A stretch of DNA of 64,000 nucleotides, taken from contig JBBRLI010000012.1 in the NCBI GenBank assembly GCA_038231455.1, positions 36,794-100,793 of the forward strand, read 5' to 3'. The notes beneath the pieces were generated by a model, which did not search any database, had not been told where the DNA came from, and saw nothing but the letters and a program-made list of their open reading frames with translations. Source of the DNA: Vulcanimicrobiales bacterium. Lineage in GTDB: Bacteria; Vulcanimicrobiota; Vulcanimicrobiia; Vulcanimicrobiales; Vulcanimicrobiaceae. The position numbers and the translations under genes are program-made. Below, one piece after another: positions 18,438-28,337 of the stretch (the first letter of the stretch is position 1; the number at the start of each line of letters is the position of its first letter).

Positions 18438-20468
18438 TTACCAGACGGAGCAGACGGGTTTCGGCGGCTTCGGGCAGTTGAACGCCGCGTACCATTCCGG
18501 AACATCGGCAAGGGTCACGTTGATGCGGTCGCGCGGAATCGGATGCGGATCGGTCAGCGCCTGACGTTTTGCTGCTTCGGGCCGAACCGACTCGGTCCAC
18601 GACTGACCGTAGGCAAGAAAATAGCGCTGTTCGGGCGTGAACCCATCCGCTTTTTCGTGCGGCTTGCCAACAAGCGACGACTCGAGCGCGCGATACCCGA
18701 TGACGACGCCGCCGAGATCCGCGATCGCTTCGCCCGAAACGAGGCGACCTTGATAGTGCGTCGTACCGACGGCTACGGTGTTATCGAACTGCTTGATCAC
18801 GCAGTTCGCACGCGCGGTAAATTGCGTGAGATCTTTTGCGGTCCACCAATTGGTGAGATTCCCGTTCCGATCGAACTTGTGCCCTTGATCGTCGAAGCCA
18901 TGCGTCATCTCGTGACCGACGGTGCCGGCACCGGTCGCGCCGAGATTATCCGGGTCGGGTGCGGCCGCATCGAAGAACGGTCGCTGCAACTGCGCGGCCG
19001 GCAGCACGATTTCGTTGCGCTGCGTATCGTTATACGCATTAACGGTTTGCGGAGTCATATTCCAGAGCGTTTTGTTGAGCGGTTTGCCGATCTGCGCGAG
19101 TTGGTACGCGCGTTCGAACGTGCGACCGCGCTCGACGTTGGCAAAGAGCGCTGTGGGTTCGACCGAATACGCCGCATAACTGCGCCACCGGTCGGGATAT
19201 CCGACCTTGAGGCCCATCGCATCGAGTTTGGCAATCGCGACGCGCTTGGTCGCGGGAGTCATCCACGCAAGCGAGGCCATCTCCGCGCGGTAGGCTGCGC
19301 GAATGCGCACCGTCATATCGAGCGCACGTTGTTTTGCCTCGGGCGGAAACGTCTTTGCGACGTACGCTTTGCCGACCGCTTCGCCAAGCAGCGCACTGGT
19401 GAGATTCACGCAGCGTTTCCAGCGCGGCAACTGCTCTTTTGCGCCGCCGAGAATCTTGCCGTTAAACGCGAAGTTCTCGGCCTCGAACGCCTTTGGCAGC
19501 ACGGTTGAGGTCGAATCGAGCAGGCGCCAACGCAGGTAGGCACGCCACTGCGCGAGCGGAGCGGTCGCAACGGCGCGGTCGAACGTGCGCACGAACCCCG
19601 GCTCGGCGACATTGAACGAACCACTCGAGGGGACGCCGGCAGCGGCAAGATACGAACGCAGCGCAAGATGGGGCGCGAGTGCCGCAACACCGCCGAGGAG
19701 CATCGGATGGTACACGGCTTCAGGCGAGCGTAAATCCGCAGCAGCCGTCGAACCGCGCGCGAGCACGGTTTCGAATGCCATGATCGCAGCAGCGTCGCTG
19801 GCCGCAGCGCTATCGCCCGCGAGGGCAAGCGTTTTTGCGACATGCGTAACGTACTGCGTGCGCAATTTACGCGATTCCGCATCGGCGCGCAAATAATAAT
19901 CGCGTTCGGGCAAGCCGATCCCACCTTGATCGACTTCCGCAATCACGCGTCGACTATCTTTGTAGTCTTGCGTCGGCGAAATCCCAAAGCCCGCATCTAC
20001 CCCGATCGTCTGCAGGCGTGCGAGTTCGGCCCCGATCTGCGCGCGCGCGGTGAGCGCGTCGATGCGCGCGAGTTCCGGCGCGAGCGGATGGAGACCGGCG
20101 CGTTCGATGCTCGCGGTATCCATACACGACCCGTAGAAACCACCGATCTTTTGGGTCTCGCTCCCCGCATCGCCGGGTTCCTTTGCTGCCGCTTCCAGCG
20201 TCTCGCGCACGATGCCGCGCGTCGTATCGACTAACTGTTCGATATAGCCGTACTCCGTGTACGCGGCGGGAATGGGATGGTTCTTCCGCCACGTCCCGGT
20301 CGCATAGCCAAAGAAGTCTTTGCAGGCGTTGACGCTCGTGTCCATTTGCGCGGGATCGAACGGCGCCGCGAGTTCCGCATCGGCCCCCGCGGGGCCGTGC
20401 GCGTGGACAACGGCAAGCCCGCCGCAAACGGCGAGGGCAAGGGCGAAGCGAACGATGGATTGACGCAT
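18438..20468 (-). CDS. M13 family metallopeptidase, secreted
   Basis: Signal peptide; CKDFFGYA; VNAYN; GHEMTHGFDDQG zinc motif; GEAIADLGG. Confidence 0.93.
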   Translation of the reverse strand: MRQSIVRFALALAVCGGLAVVHAHGPAGADAELAAPFDPAQMDTSVNACKDFFGYATGTWRKNHPIPAAYTEYGYIEQLVDTTRGIVRETLEAAAKEPGDAGSETQKIGGFYGSCMDTASIERAGLHPLAPELARIDALTARAQIGAELARLQTIGVDAGFGISPTQDYKDSRRVIAEVDQGGIGLPERDYYLRADAESRKLRTQYVTHVAKTLALAGDSAAASDAAAIMAFETVLARGSTAAADLRSPEAVYHPMLLGGVAALAPHLALRSYLAAAGVPSSGSFNVAEPGFVRTFDRAVATAPLAQWRAYLRWRLLDSTSTVLPKAFEAENFAFNGKILGGAKEQLPRWKRCVNLTSALLGEAVGKAYVAKTFPPEAKQRALDMTVRIRAAYRAEMASLAWMTPATKRVAIAKLDAMGLKVGYPDRWRSYAAYSVEPTALFANVERGRTFERAYQLAQIGKPLNKTLWNMTPQTVNAYNDTQRNEIVLPAAQLQRPFFDAAAPDPDNLGATGAGTVGHEMTHGFDDQGHKFDRNGNLTNWWTAKDLTQFTARANCVIKQFDNTVAVGTTHYQGRLVSGEAIADLGGVVIGYRALESSLVGKPHEKADGFTPEQRYFLAYGQSWTESVRPEAAKRQALTDPHPIPRDRINVTLADVPEWYAAFNCPKPPKPVCSVW

Positions 20469-20589
20469 ACCCGCCCGAGCGTTCGCGGCCGGACGGCGCC
20501 GTTCCGTGCGTCCGGTTGCAACACGTGCCGACCCCACAATGCTCCAAATGGCCCGAGGACTCGAGCACCGCCCTCATAATTTCGGACGT

Positions 20590-22020
20590 ATGGCTAATGA
20601 ACTGCGCGATTTTCTCATGCTTTCGTACACCGAGCTCGAAGAGCTCAACCTTGCGGCCAAAGACGACCGTAAGAACCGCGTCCCCGAGGCGAAGATCGCC
20701 GAGAAGCGGATGAAGTATCTCGCGGGAGAGACGCGCATCAAGGCGGTCACCGTGCTCTTCACCGACCTCGAAGGTCGGCTGCACATGCTGGACTACGACA
20801 AGAAGTTCTTGCTCAAGTCCGCCGACAATTTGACGTTCGACGGATCGTCGATCCGTGGATTTACGCCGCAGCGCGAAAGCGATCTGCGCTTGGCGCTCGA
20901 CTGGAGTGCGTTCTACTGGGCCCCCGGCGACATTTTCGGCGCCGGGAAAGTTATGGTCTTCGGCGAGGTCCTCGACCGCGACGGCTCGATCTTCCCGGGC
21001 GACATCCGCGGCAAGCTCAAGAAGCTCTCGAAGGACCAGTTCGAGAAAAACGGCTACACGCTCAACGCCGCAAACGAAATCGAAGGCTTCGTTTTCGAAG
21101 GCCTCGATGCAGAGCGCAACTATCACAAAACGGGCAAATTCGAATATGTGAACACCGGCGGCTACTACCACTCGCTCCCCGGCGACAAACTCCGTCTCTT
21201 CATCGATACCGTAGCCGAAGTGCAGCGCGCGATGGGCTTCGAAAACGAAAAAGATCATCCGGAAGTCGCTCCGTCGCAGTTTGAAATCAACTACAGCTAC
21301 GGCGAAGTGCTCATGGCCGCCGATCAGATTCAGCTCTACAAGTTGATCTGTCGCCAGGTCGCAACGACACTCGGTCTCTCGGTTAGTTTTCTTCCCAAAC
21401 CCGTCGTCGGCGTCAACGGCAGCGGCATGCACACCAACGTCTCGATTTCCAAGAACGGCAAGAATCTGTTTTGGGATCCCAAAGGCGAAGAAAAAGTTAG
21501 CGCAATGGCGTGGGGCTTTATCGATAAAATTCTGACTGCGGGTAACGATATTTGCCTGATGCTCAATGCAAGCGTCAACTCATATCGTCGACTCGATCCG
21601 CACTTCGAAGCGCCGAATCAGATTAAAGCCTCAGCCGTCGATCGGGGCTCGATGATCCGCATTCCGATCGGCAACGAACGTTCTGCGCGCGTCGAGGTTC
21701 GCTCGGTTGCGCCCGATGCCAATCCGTACATGGTTATGCTCGCGGTGTTCCAAACGGGGCTTGAAGGCACCGTGAGCAAGATCAAAAATCTGCGTCAGGC
21801 CGAACGGTATCTGCCGGATAACATCTACACGGCGCTCGATGACTTTCGTGCCTCGGAGTGGACGGCAAAGCTGCTTGGAGCGGATGTTAAAGAACGGTAT
21901 GCAGAACTCAAACAGGCGAGTGCCGATCGGTGCCCGCGACTGCTTGGCACTTTTGTGAAAGCGCAAGAAGTGCAGTATCATCACGAAGTTTACAATCAGT
22001 ATCTTTGGAATTTGTTTTAA
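20590..22020 (+). CDS. glnA: Glutamine synthetase family protein
   Basis: FDGSSIRG, HPEVAPSQFEI, FLPKP...NGSGMHTN, NSYRRLDPHFEAP, RVEVRSVAPDANPY. Confidence 0.9.
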   Translation: MANELRDFLMLSYTELEELNLAAKDDRKNRVPEAKIAEKRMKYLAGETRIKAVTVLFTDLEGRLHMLDYDKKFLLKSADNLTFDGSSIRGFTPQRESDLRLALDWSAFYWAPGDIFGAGKVMVFGEVLDRDGSIFPGDIRGKLKKLSKDQFEKNGYTLNAANEIEGFVFEGLDAERNYHKTGKFEYVNTGGYYHSLPGDKLRLFIDTVAEVQRAMGFENEKDHPEVAPSQFEINYSYGEVLMAADQIQLYKLICRQVATTLGLSVSFLPKPVVGVNGSGMHTNVSISKNGKNLFWDPKGEEKVSAMAWGFIDKILTAGNDICLMLNASVNSYRRLDPHFEAPNQIKASAVDRGSMIRIPIGNERSARVEVRSVAPDANPYMVMLAVFQTGLEGTVSKIKNLRQAERYLPDNIYTALDDFRASEWTAKLLGADVKERYAELKQASADRCPRLLGTFVKAQEVQYHHEVYNQYLWNLF

Positions 22021-22041
22021 GATCTGATTGTTCGTGGACTT

Positions 22042-22071
22042 GGAGGGTAGCGTCTGCTGCTCTCCTTTTTT
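22042..22071 (+). terminator. Rho-independent terminator of glnA
   Basis: GGAGGGTAGC-gtct-GCTGCTCTCC stem (two G-U pairs) plus T6. Confidence 0.75.
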
Positions 22072-22235
22072 ATTGTGGCTGGGCGGGGATTGTATGCGGT
22101 TGCGGTGGGGACGCCCGCTATTTCACATCCATGTGAAATAGCTACTTGCCGACATTTTGCTCCCGCCCATCCTGGGCTCCGCAAAATGCTCGGACACCCC
22201 ACCGCAACCGCATACCATCCCCGCCTCAGTACGAT
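22072..22235. repeat. Branched (three-way junction) palindromic element, REP/MITE-like
   Basis: Outer arms GGCGGGGAT(T/G)GTATGCGGTTGCGGTGGGG inverted; inner perfect hairpin GCTATTTCACAT-cc-ATGTGAAATAGC (22117-22142); second hairpin CCGACATTTTGC..GCCCA-tcc-TGGGC..GCAAAATGCTCGG (22149-22193). Confidence 0.85.
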
Positions 22236-22271
22236 TTTCTTTGTTCGCTTGGTTGGGTTTTCTATTTTTTT

Positions 22272-23957
22272 CTAGGTGCAGTTGTAGCCGGTTGCCAGTG
22301 GCGTTATTCCTGAGGGTACGGTTCCGCCGGTTACTGTTGCGTTTATTGTTGGTGATCCGATGTTGGTGGTGACGTCATTATTGCTGTGTTTGCCGGCGTG
22401 GTAATGATAGTGCCGGCGGGGATGCTCGTGTGCGTTGTTGCGTCGGTGTCGGTGATGGTGAAGCTTAGGGCGTTGCCATTTTTGTCCGAGTAGGGTTCTG
22501 CGCCGACGATGAGCGCGCCCGATGCGTCTCGTGCTACGAGCTGAACCGTTGTTGTTAGGACGGATGCTCCCGGACATGGGGCGATGATTCCGATTGCAAA
22601 GGTTACTTTGTCGACGACTCCGTTTAGGGCTACTGCTAATTTGTTGACGGCGTTTGGTTGGACTAGAAGCGGGACCGTGTTTGTTTCGAGAATTTTTCCG
22701 GTTCCGCTGGCTCCGCCGATGGCGTTGTAGCCGGTGATCGTGACGTTTGATTGTCCGGCGGCGACGGTTAGCGTTGTCGGTCTGCAGGTTAACGGAAATC
22801 CGATACGGGCGACGTTGCCGGCGCTCTGCTCGCTGAACCAGACGGCTTGATCGGAGCCGAGCGTTGCGTAGATGACGCCGCTGCTAGCCGTCGGCGGGTT
22901 GAATGTGTTGAAGACGCCGCTGGTTGTGGCGCGAATGACCGTGTTGTTGTTGTAATCGGTCATGTAGAGCGCGCCGTCGGCGCCGACGATCATTTTAAAG
23001 ATGAACGGAGTTGTGGCAGGGATCGGGTACGAGTTGGTGGTGATGCCCGCGTAGGTCATGCGGTTGAGCATCGTTGCGTCGGCATACCAGATTGCGTTAT
23101 CGGGGCCGGCGACGATTGCGTTTCCGTTCTTCGGCACGCTGAATTCGGTTAGAACACCCGCGGTCGTTAATTTCCCGACTTTGCTGTTGTCTTCGGTGAA
23201 CCAGATCGCGTTGTCGGTGCCCGTCGTTAGGGCGTAGGTATTGCCGCTCGTTGGATAGGTTCCGATTAGGGCTCCGGTGGCGTCGAGATGGAAAATGTTG
23301 GGTCCGGTATTTGTTGTCGAGGCGGTGAACGCGGAATACCAGAGCGTTTTGTCCGCCGTTGCAGTAAATTGCAGGGCTTGGTTTGCTACCGGAAGGATCG
23401 TTTCGGAAAACGTTGTTGTGATGTCGGTAATCGAACCGGTGTAGAGCCCGCCGACCCACAGGTTGTTGTCGGGGCCGACGATGATGTCTTGTGCGAGGCC
23501 GCTCGAAGTAAGGTTCGGCGTGCGCGCGTAGTTCGTGCCGTCGGTATCGATGTGCGAGATTGCACCGCCGTTGTCTTCGACGATCCAGAGTTTGCCGTCG
23601 GGGCCGTTGATGATGCCGCGCGGTTGGACGTACGACGAGTACAGAGGGTATTCGTTGATTGAGGGCTTGGTGCAATCGGCCGTGCATCCGGGCGTTCCCA
23701 TGGCGAGATTGACGTTGACCGGTGGGGCGGCGCCGACGGTTACGGCGATCGACTTTGTCTGCGGCGAGATGTAGGAGGCGTGTCGTTTTCCCGAATTGCT
23801 CGCTCGTGCCGGAATGGTGATGCTCACGGCAAGCGAACCGGTACCCGCCGGCTGCGGCGTAGCGGGGGCTGTCGTTCGCGTCGCGATAGACGCACCGCCT
23901 CCGCTGCACCCGACGATGGCGAGAGAGAATCGCGGCAATGGCGGTTCGACTTTGCAC
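22272..23957 (-). pseudogene. Lipoprotein with Vgb (virginiamycin B lyase)-like beta-propeller repeats; two frameshifts
   Basis: Repeats GPDGKLWI/GPDNNLWV/GTDNAIWFTE/GPDNAIWY/GADGALYM/GSDQAVWFSE. Signal peptide MQSRTAIAAILS and lipobox LAIVGC are in different frames (shift at 23921-23928). The natural C-terminus ...TTNIGSPTINATVTGG...YNCT* is in another frame (shift near 22375). Confidence 0.75.
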
Positions 23958-24095
23958 TTCGTAACCCTCAGGGCGGCTGACCAGACGGCGTAGGGCTTGC
24001 TCGTCTGGGGTGGGTGCACCCTCCGGGATCGCATTTCGACCGGGCTAACCGCCTAGAGCATGTGCTAGCTTCCTTATTTTTGGGTAACGGCGGTT

Positions 24096-24902
24096 ATGCC
24101 CAAGACGATTTTGCTGATCCCCGGCTGGCACGAGAAGGCGCACGATCTGCGCACGATCACGCATGGCCGGCCGCCGCTTCCAGGTCTGGCCGCGCGCGGG
24201 TACGATCCCAAAACGTTTGAGTTGCTCCCCGATGAGTCGTTGCCCGAGCGGATCGATCGCTTTGCGGATTATGTCCGCGCGCTCAAAGTCGCGGAGCCGA
24301 CGCGCTTTCCGCTCTCCATCTTTGGCTATTCAATGGGCGGGATCGTCGCGCGCGGACTCTTGCATCGGCATCCCGAGCTCGTCCCGGACATCTCGCACGT
24401 TGCGCTGCTGGCGACGCCGAACTGGGGCCTGCCGATGGCCGACGTACCGGCACTCGCCCGCGTCGTGGGCTTACCGTGGAAAGAGCTGTACGACATCGAT
24501 CCGCAGCGCGAATTCATCCCTACGCTCAACGGTTGCCACGGGGATTGGAACGATATCGACGGCACCCGCGTGTGGCTGCCGGATCAAGAGCCGTGGATCG
24601 CTCCGGCCGGCGTCAAAATGCTGGCAATTGCGGGTATCGTGCCGCGTTTTCAAGACGGTGATGGGCTCGTGACGACAGACTCCGCGACGATGGGCGGACG
24701 CATTCCGTCGGTTATCATCACGGATCGTCACGCAAATCATCTCAACGTTACCGGTGAAACCGATTCGATCGCAACGCTCGTGCGCGGCTTTCAGCGCTCC
24801 GACGGCGTCTGGCCGCAGGTACTCGACGCGTTTTGCGAATTCATCGAAACCGAAGAACAATCGCCCGTTCGCGAGGAAACGCTGACGCGTCTGGCCGGAT
24901 AG
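24096..24902 (+). CDS. Alpha/beta hydrolase (lipase/esterase-like)
   Basis: LLIPGW oxyanion region, GYSMGG nucleophile elbow, LATPNWG, GDGLV, NHL. Confidence 0.85.
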   Translation: MPKTILLIPGWHEKAHDLRTITHGRPPLPGLAARGYDPKTFELLPDESLPERIDRFADYVRALKVAEPTRFPLSIFGYSMGGIVARGLLHRHPELVPDISHVALLATPNWGLPMADVPALARVVGLPWKELYDIDPQREFIPTLNGCHGDWNDIDGTRVWLPDQEPWIAPAGVKMLAIAGIVPRFQDGDGLVTTDSATMGGRIPSVIITDRHANHLNVTGETDSIATLVRGFQRSDGVWPQVLDAFCEFIETEEQSPVREETLTRLAG

Positions 24903-24908
24903 ACGCGC

Positions 24909-26153
24909 ATGCGTTTTTCCCTCGGCGTCAACTACTGGCCTAGCGGCAGCGCGATGGCCATGTGGCAGCGCTTCGATGCGGGCGAGATTCGCGAAGATTT
25001 CGCTCGTGTCGCCGGACTCGGCCTCGATACGGTCCGGTTCTTCCTGCGCTGGGATGATTTTCAGCCGGCCATCGATACGATGGACGCGACGATGCTCGAT
25101 CGGCTCGAGAGCGTCGTTGCAATCGCACACGACGCCGGTCTGCACGTGATGCCGACGCTTTTCTGCGGCCATATGAGCGGCGTCAACTGGCTTCCCGCAT
25201 GGACGCTCGATCGTACGACGCCGCACGGTCGCTTTCGTACGATCACGCGCGACGGAGAATCGCCGTATGGTATCGGTGACTTCTACACCGGGGCGCTGCT
25301 CGAAGCGCAAGTGCTTTTTGCGCGTACCGTCGGCGAGCGTTTGCGCGCGCATCCCGCAATCGTTGCGTGGGATCTCGGCAATGAGTTTAGCAACTTGCGT
25401 GAACCCGCATCGGAGTTCGCTGCGGCGGAGTGGAGCCGGCGGCTCACCGCGGCGCTGCGCGAGACATCAGCGCTCCCCGTCACGGCGGGCACGCACGGCG
25501 AGGATCTCACGCGCGACCGCAATATCCGCTTTGCCTCGCTCTGTGCGCCGTATGCATTCGCGACGATGCATGGCTACAGCGTCTATAGTTCGTTTGCACG
25601 CAACCGACTCGATCCCGAAGTGGTACCGTTTCTCTCGCTGCTCGCGCAGTCGTTCTCTTTTAAGCCGCTTCTCTTTACCGAATTTGGCAATCCGACGTGT
25701 CCGCCGAACCGGCTCTCGCCCTTCGAACGCGTCGCACTGCCCGACGAACCCCCGACGCCGACCATCTCACCCGACGATCCGCTCTTTGCCACGTACGCAT
25801 GCCTGACCGAGACGGAGAATGCGGCATACTGCACGAGCGTGCTCGATCGCCTTCACGCGGATGGCCGACTCGGCGCGTATTACTGGTGTTGGGCCGATTA
25901 CGATACCGCCTTGCACACCGACCCGCCGTTCGATCGCGCAACACATGAAACGTCGTTCGGCATCATTCGCAGCGACGGCTCGGAGAAGCCCGTCGCTGCG
26001 GCGCTTGCGGCATTCGCGCGCGAAGAACGCGAAGTCGTTCCCGCTCGCGACATGGCCATGATCTCAGCGACGTACTACTATCGCACGCTGCCCACGAGCA
26101 CCAAGACGCTCTACGATGCGTTCCTCGGCTCAAACGAGGAGCGTCGTTCCTAG
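24909..26153 (+). CDS. Glycoside hydrolase clan A (GH5-like), no signal peptide
   Basis: GVNYWP, VRFFLRWDDFQP, WDLGNEF (acid/base), TEFG (nucleophile), WCWAD, FGIIRSDGSEKP. Confidence 0.85.
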   Translation: MRFSLGVNYWPSGSAMAMWQRFDAGEIREDFARVAGLGLDTVRFFLRWDDFQPAIDTMDATMLDRLESVVAIAHDAGLHVMPTLFCGHMSGVNWLPAWTLDRTTPHGRFRTITRDGESPYGIGDFYTGALLEAQVLFARTVGERLRAHPAIVAWDLGNEFSNLREPASEFAAAEWSRRLTAALRETSALPVTAGTHGEDLTRDRNIRFASLCAPYAFATMHGYSVYSSFARNRLDPEVVPFLSLLAQSFSFKPLLFTEFGNPTCPPNRLSPFERVALPDEPPTPTISPDDPLFATYACLTETENAAYCTSVLDRLHADGRLGAYYWCWADYDTALHTDPPFDRATHETSFGIIRSDGSEKPVAAALAAFAREEREVVPARDMAMISATYYYRTLPTSTKTLYDAFLGSNEERRS

Positions 26154-28273
26154 GTCAGCGGAAACCCGCGATCGCGCATGAGCGCTTCGGCGTTCACGTC
26201 GCGGCCGCGGAAACGGTGGAACGCCTCTTCGGCGGTGATCGTGTTGCCGACGCTCATAATCGAATCGTGGAGTCGTTTTGCGACGGCCTTATCCCACGGA
26301 CCGCCCGCCTCGGTGAACGCTTCGTATGCATCGGCCGTTAGCGTGTCGGCCCAGATGTAATCGTAGTAGCCTGCCGCGTAGCCTTCGCCCGCGAAGATGT
26401 GCCCAAACTGCGTTGGACGATGACGCATGACGATTTCGCTCGGCATGCCGAGTTCCGCCAGCGCCGATTTCTCGAACGCGGCGGGGTCGATCGCCTGCCC
26501 CGTCGATGCGAGGTGAATCTTCATATCGTAGAGCGCGGAACCCAAGTACTCGACCGTGCCGAATCCCTGATTGAACGTGCGTGCCTTCGCAATTTTGGCG
26601 ATCAATTCGGGCGGCATCGGTTTGCCGGTCTCGTGATGGAGTGCGAACCGGTCGAGCACTTCACGCGTCGGCAGCCAGCGTTCGTTGAGTTGGCTTGGGA
26701 ACTCGACGAAGTCGCGCGCGACCGCGGTCCCCGCGAGCGTCGGATACGTGACACTCGAATTGAGCCCGTGCAGCGCATGTCCGAATTCGTGGAACATCGT
26801 GACCGCATCGCCCCACGAGATGAGCACGGGTTGTCCGCTCGAAGCTTTGATGAAGTTCGAGTTGTTCGAGACGATCGGGGCAATCGTGCCGTCGGCGCGC
26901 TGTTGCGTTCGGTACTCCGACATCCACGCCCCAGAATTCTTGCCTTCGCGCGCATACGGATCGAAATACCAAAGGCCGACGTGCTCGCCACTGCGGCGTA
27001 CGTCGTAGACCGTCATATCCGACTGATACACCGGGACGTCCGTGACCGGAACGAACTCGAATCCATACAGCTGGCCCGCCGTCCAGAACATCCCCTTGCG
27101 GACGTTATCGAGCGCGAGATATTGCTTGACCTCGTTTTGATCGAGGTCGTATTTTGCTTTGCGGACTTTTTCAGCATAGAAGCGATAGTCCCACGGCTCG
27201 ATCTTGAACGTACCGCCTTCGGTTCGCGCGATCGATTGCATATCCGCGACTTCTTCCCGCGCGCGCGCCACCGCCGCCGGCCACACGCGCATCATCAGCG
27301 CCATCGCGGCATCCGGCGTTTTCGCCATGTTTCTGGACGTACTCCAGTGCGCGTACGTCGGGAAGCCTAGGAGCTGCGCCTTTTGGGCACGCAACTGAAG
27401 AATCTCGGTAATGACCGCTTTATTATCGTGGGCGTCGTTGTTGTCGCCGCGCGAAATCCACATCCGCCAGCCGCGTTCGCGCAGAGCGCGGTCCGTGGAA
27501 TACGTGAGGAACGGTTCCATCGACGAGCGCGTGTTCGTGATGACCCACTTGCCCGCGTGACCATGTTCGCTTGCGGCCACCGCGGCGCTCGCCTTGAGTT
27601 GCTCAGAGAGTCCGGCAAGATCGCGCTCGTGCTCGAGCACAAGCACACCCGACTCTTCGTCGGCGAGTTCGTTCTGCGAAAAACGTGTGTAGAGCGAGGC
27701 GAGCTGCTGATTGATTGCGGCGAGTTTCTTCTTGCGCGACGGATCGAGCGCAGCGCCTTGGCTTACGTAGTGCGTGTAGACGACGTCGGTAAGTCGCTGC
27801 GCCTCGGGAGAGAGGCCGCTCGTCGTGCGCGAATCGTAGACCGATTTGATCCGCGCGAAGACGGCGGCGTTTTGAATCTGTTCGTCGGAGAACGCAGCGA
27901 GGATCGGTGTCATCTCGACTTGCAGCTTGCGCATCGGTCCGCGGTTCATGGTGCTCGTAAACGTGCCGTAGAGCGTACGCACGCGTTCGAGTTCGCGACC
28001 GGACTTCTCAAGTGCGAGAACCGTGTTTTCGAAAGTCGCCGGCGATGCGCTCGTCGCAATCGCGGCCGTCTCGCTCCGATGGGCGTCCATCGCGGCGAGT
28101 AGCGCCGTCTTAAATTCGTCGACCTTGATGCGATCGAACGGCGGAACGCCGCCGTGCGGGCCGGTCCACGGCGCGAGCAGCGGTAAACTACTTCCCACCG
28201 ACGCCTCCGCAAATGGCGGAAGCGCGGTTAGCGCAAACGCGCTTGCGACAGTGAAAAACGAACGGCGCTGCAT
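26150..28273 (-). CDS. M3 family peptidase (peptidyl-dipeptidase Dcp-like), Tat signal
   Basis: MQRRSFF twin-arginine; GKNSGAWM; FHEFGHALH; DFVEFPSQ; GYAAGYY. Confidence 0.93.
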   Translation of the reverse strand: MQRRSFFTVASAFALTALPPFAEASVGSSLPLLAPWTGPHGGVPPFDRIKVDEFKTALLAAMDAHRSETAAIATSASPATFENTVLALEKSGRELERVRTLYGTFTSTMNRGPMRKLQVEMTPILAAFSDEQIQNAAVFARIKSVYDSRTTSGLSPEAQRLTDVVYTHYVSQGAALDPSRKKKLAAINQQLASLYTRFSQNELADEESGVLVLEHERDLAGLSEQLKASAAVAASEHGHAGKWVITNTRSSMEPFLTYSTDRALRERGWRMWISRGDNNDAHDNKAVITEILQLRAQKAQLLGFPTYAHWSTSRNMAKTPDAAMALMMRVWPAAVARAREEVADMQSIARTEGGTFKIEPWDYRFYAEKVRKAKYDLDQNEVKQYLALDNVRKGMFWTAGQLYGFEFVPVTDVPVYQSDMTVYDVRRSGEHVGLWYFDPYAREGKNSGAWMSEYRTQQRADGTIAPIVSNNSNFIKASSGQPVLISWGDAVTMFHEFGHALHGLNSSVTYPTLAGTAVARDFVEFPSQLNERWLPTREVLDRFALHHETGKPMPPELIAKIAKARTFNQGFGTVEYLGSALYDMKIHLASTGQAIDPAAFEKSALAELGMPSEIVMRHRPTQFGHIFAGEGYAAGYYDYIWADTLTADAYEAFTEAGGPWDKAVAKRLHDSIMSVGNTITAEEAFHRFRGRDVNAEALMRDRGFPLT

Positions 28274-28337
28274 GACAACCCCCCAACAACATGATCGCCT
28301 GGTGTTTGCGGCGCGCCCTCAGAAAGCCCGTCGCCCG

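Noticed and set aside
22072-22235. Palindrome as a CRISPR array or tRNA
   Set aside because: No repeat-spacer periodicity, no cas genes, and no T-loop or CCA features.
22272-22600. A-rich 3' end plus downstream hairpin read as a diversity-generating retroelement target
   Set aside because: No reverse transcriptase and no template/variable repeat pair in the window; the bias is at codon third positions and extends into glnA.
22343-23957. Virginiamycin B resistance lyase vgb
   Set aside because: Only the repeat fold is shared; it is embedded in a larger lipoprotein and catalytic residues could not be verified.
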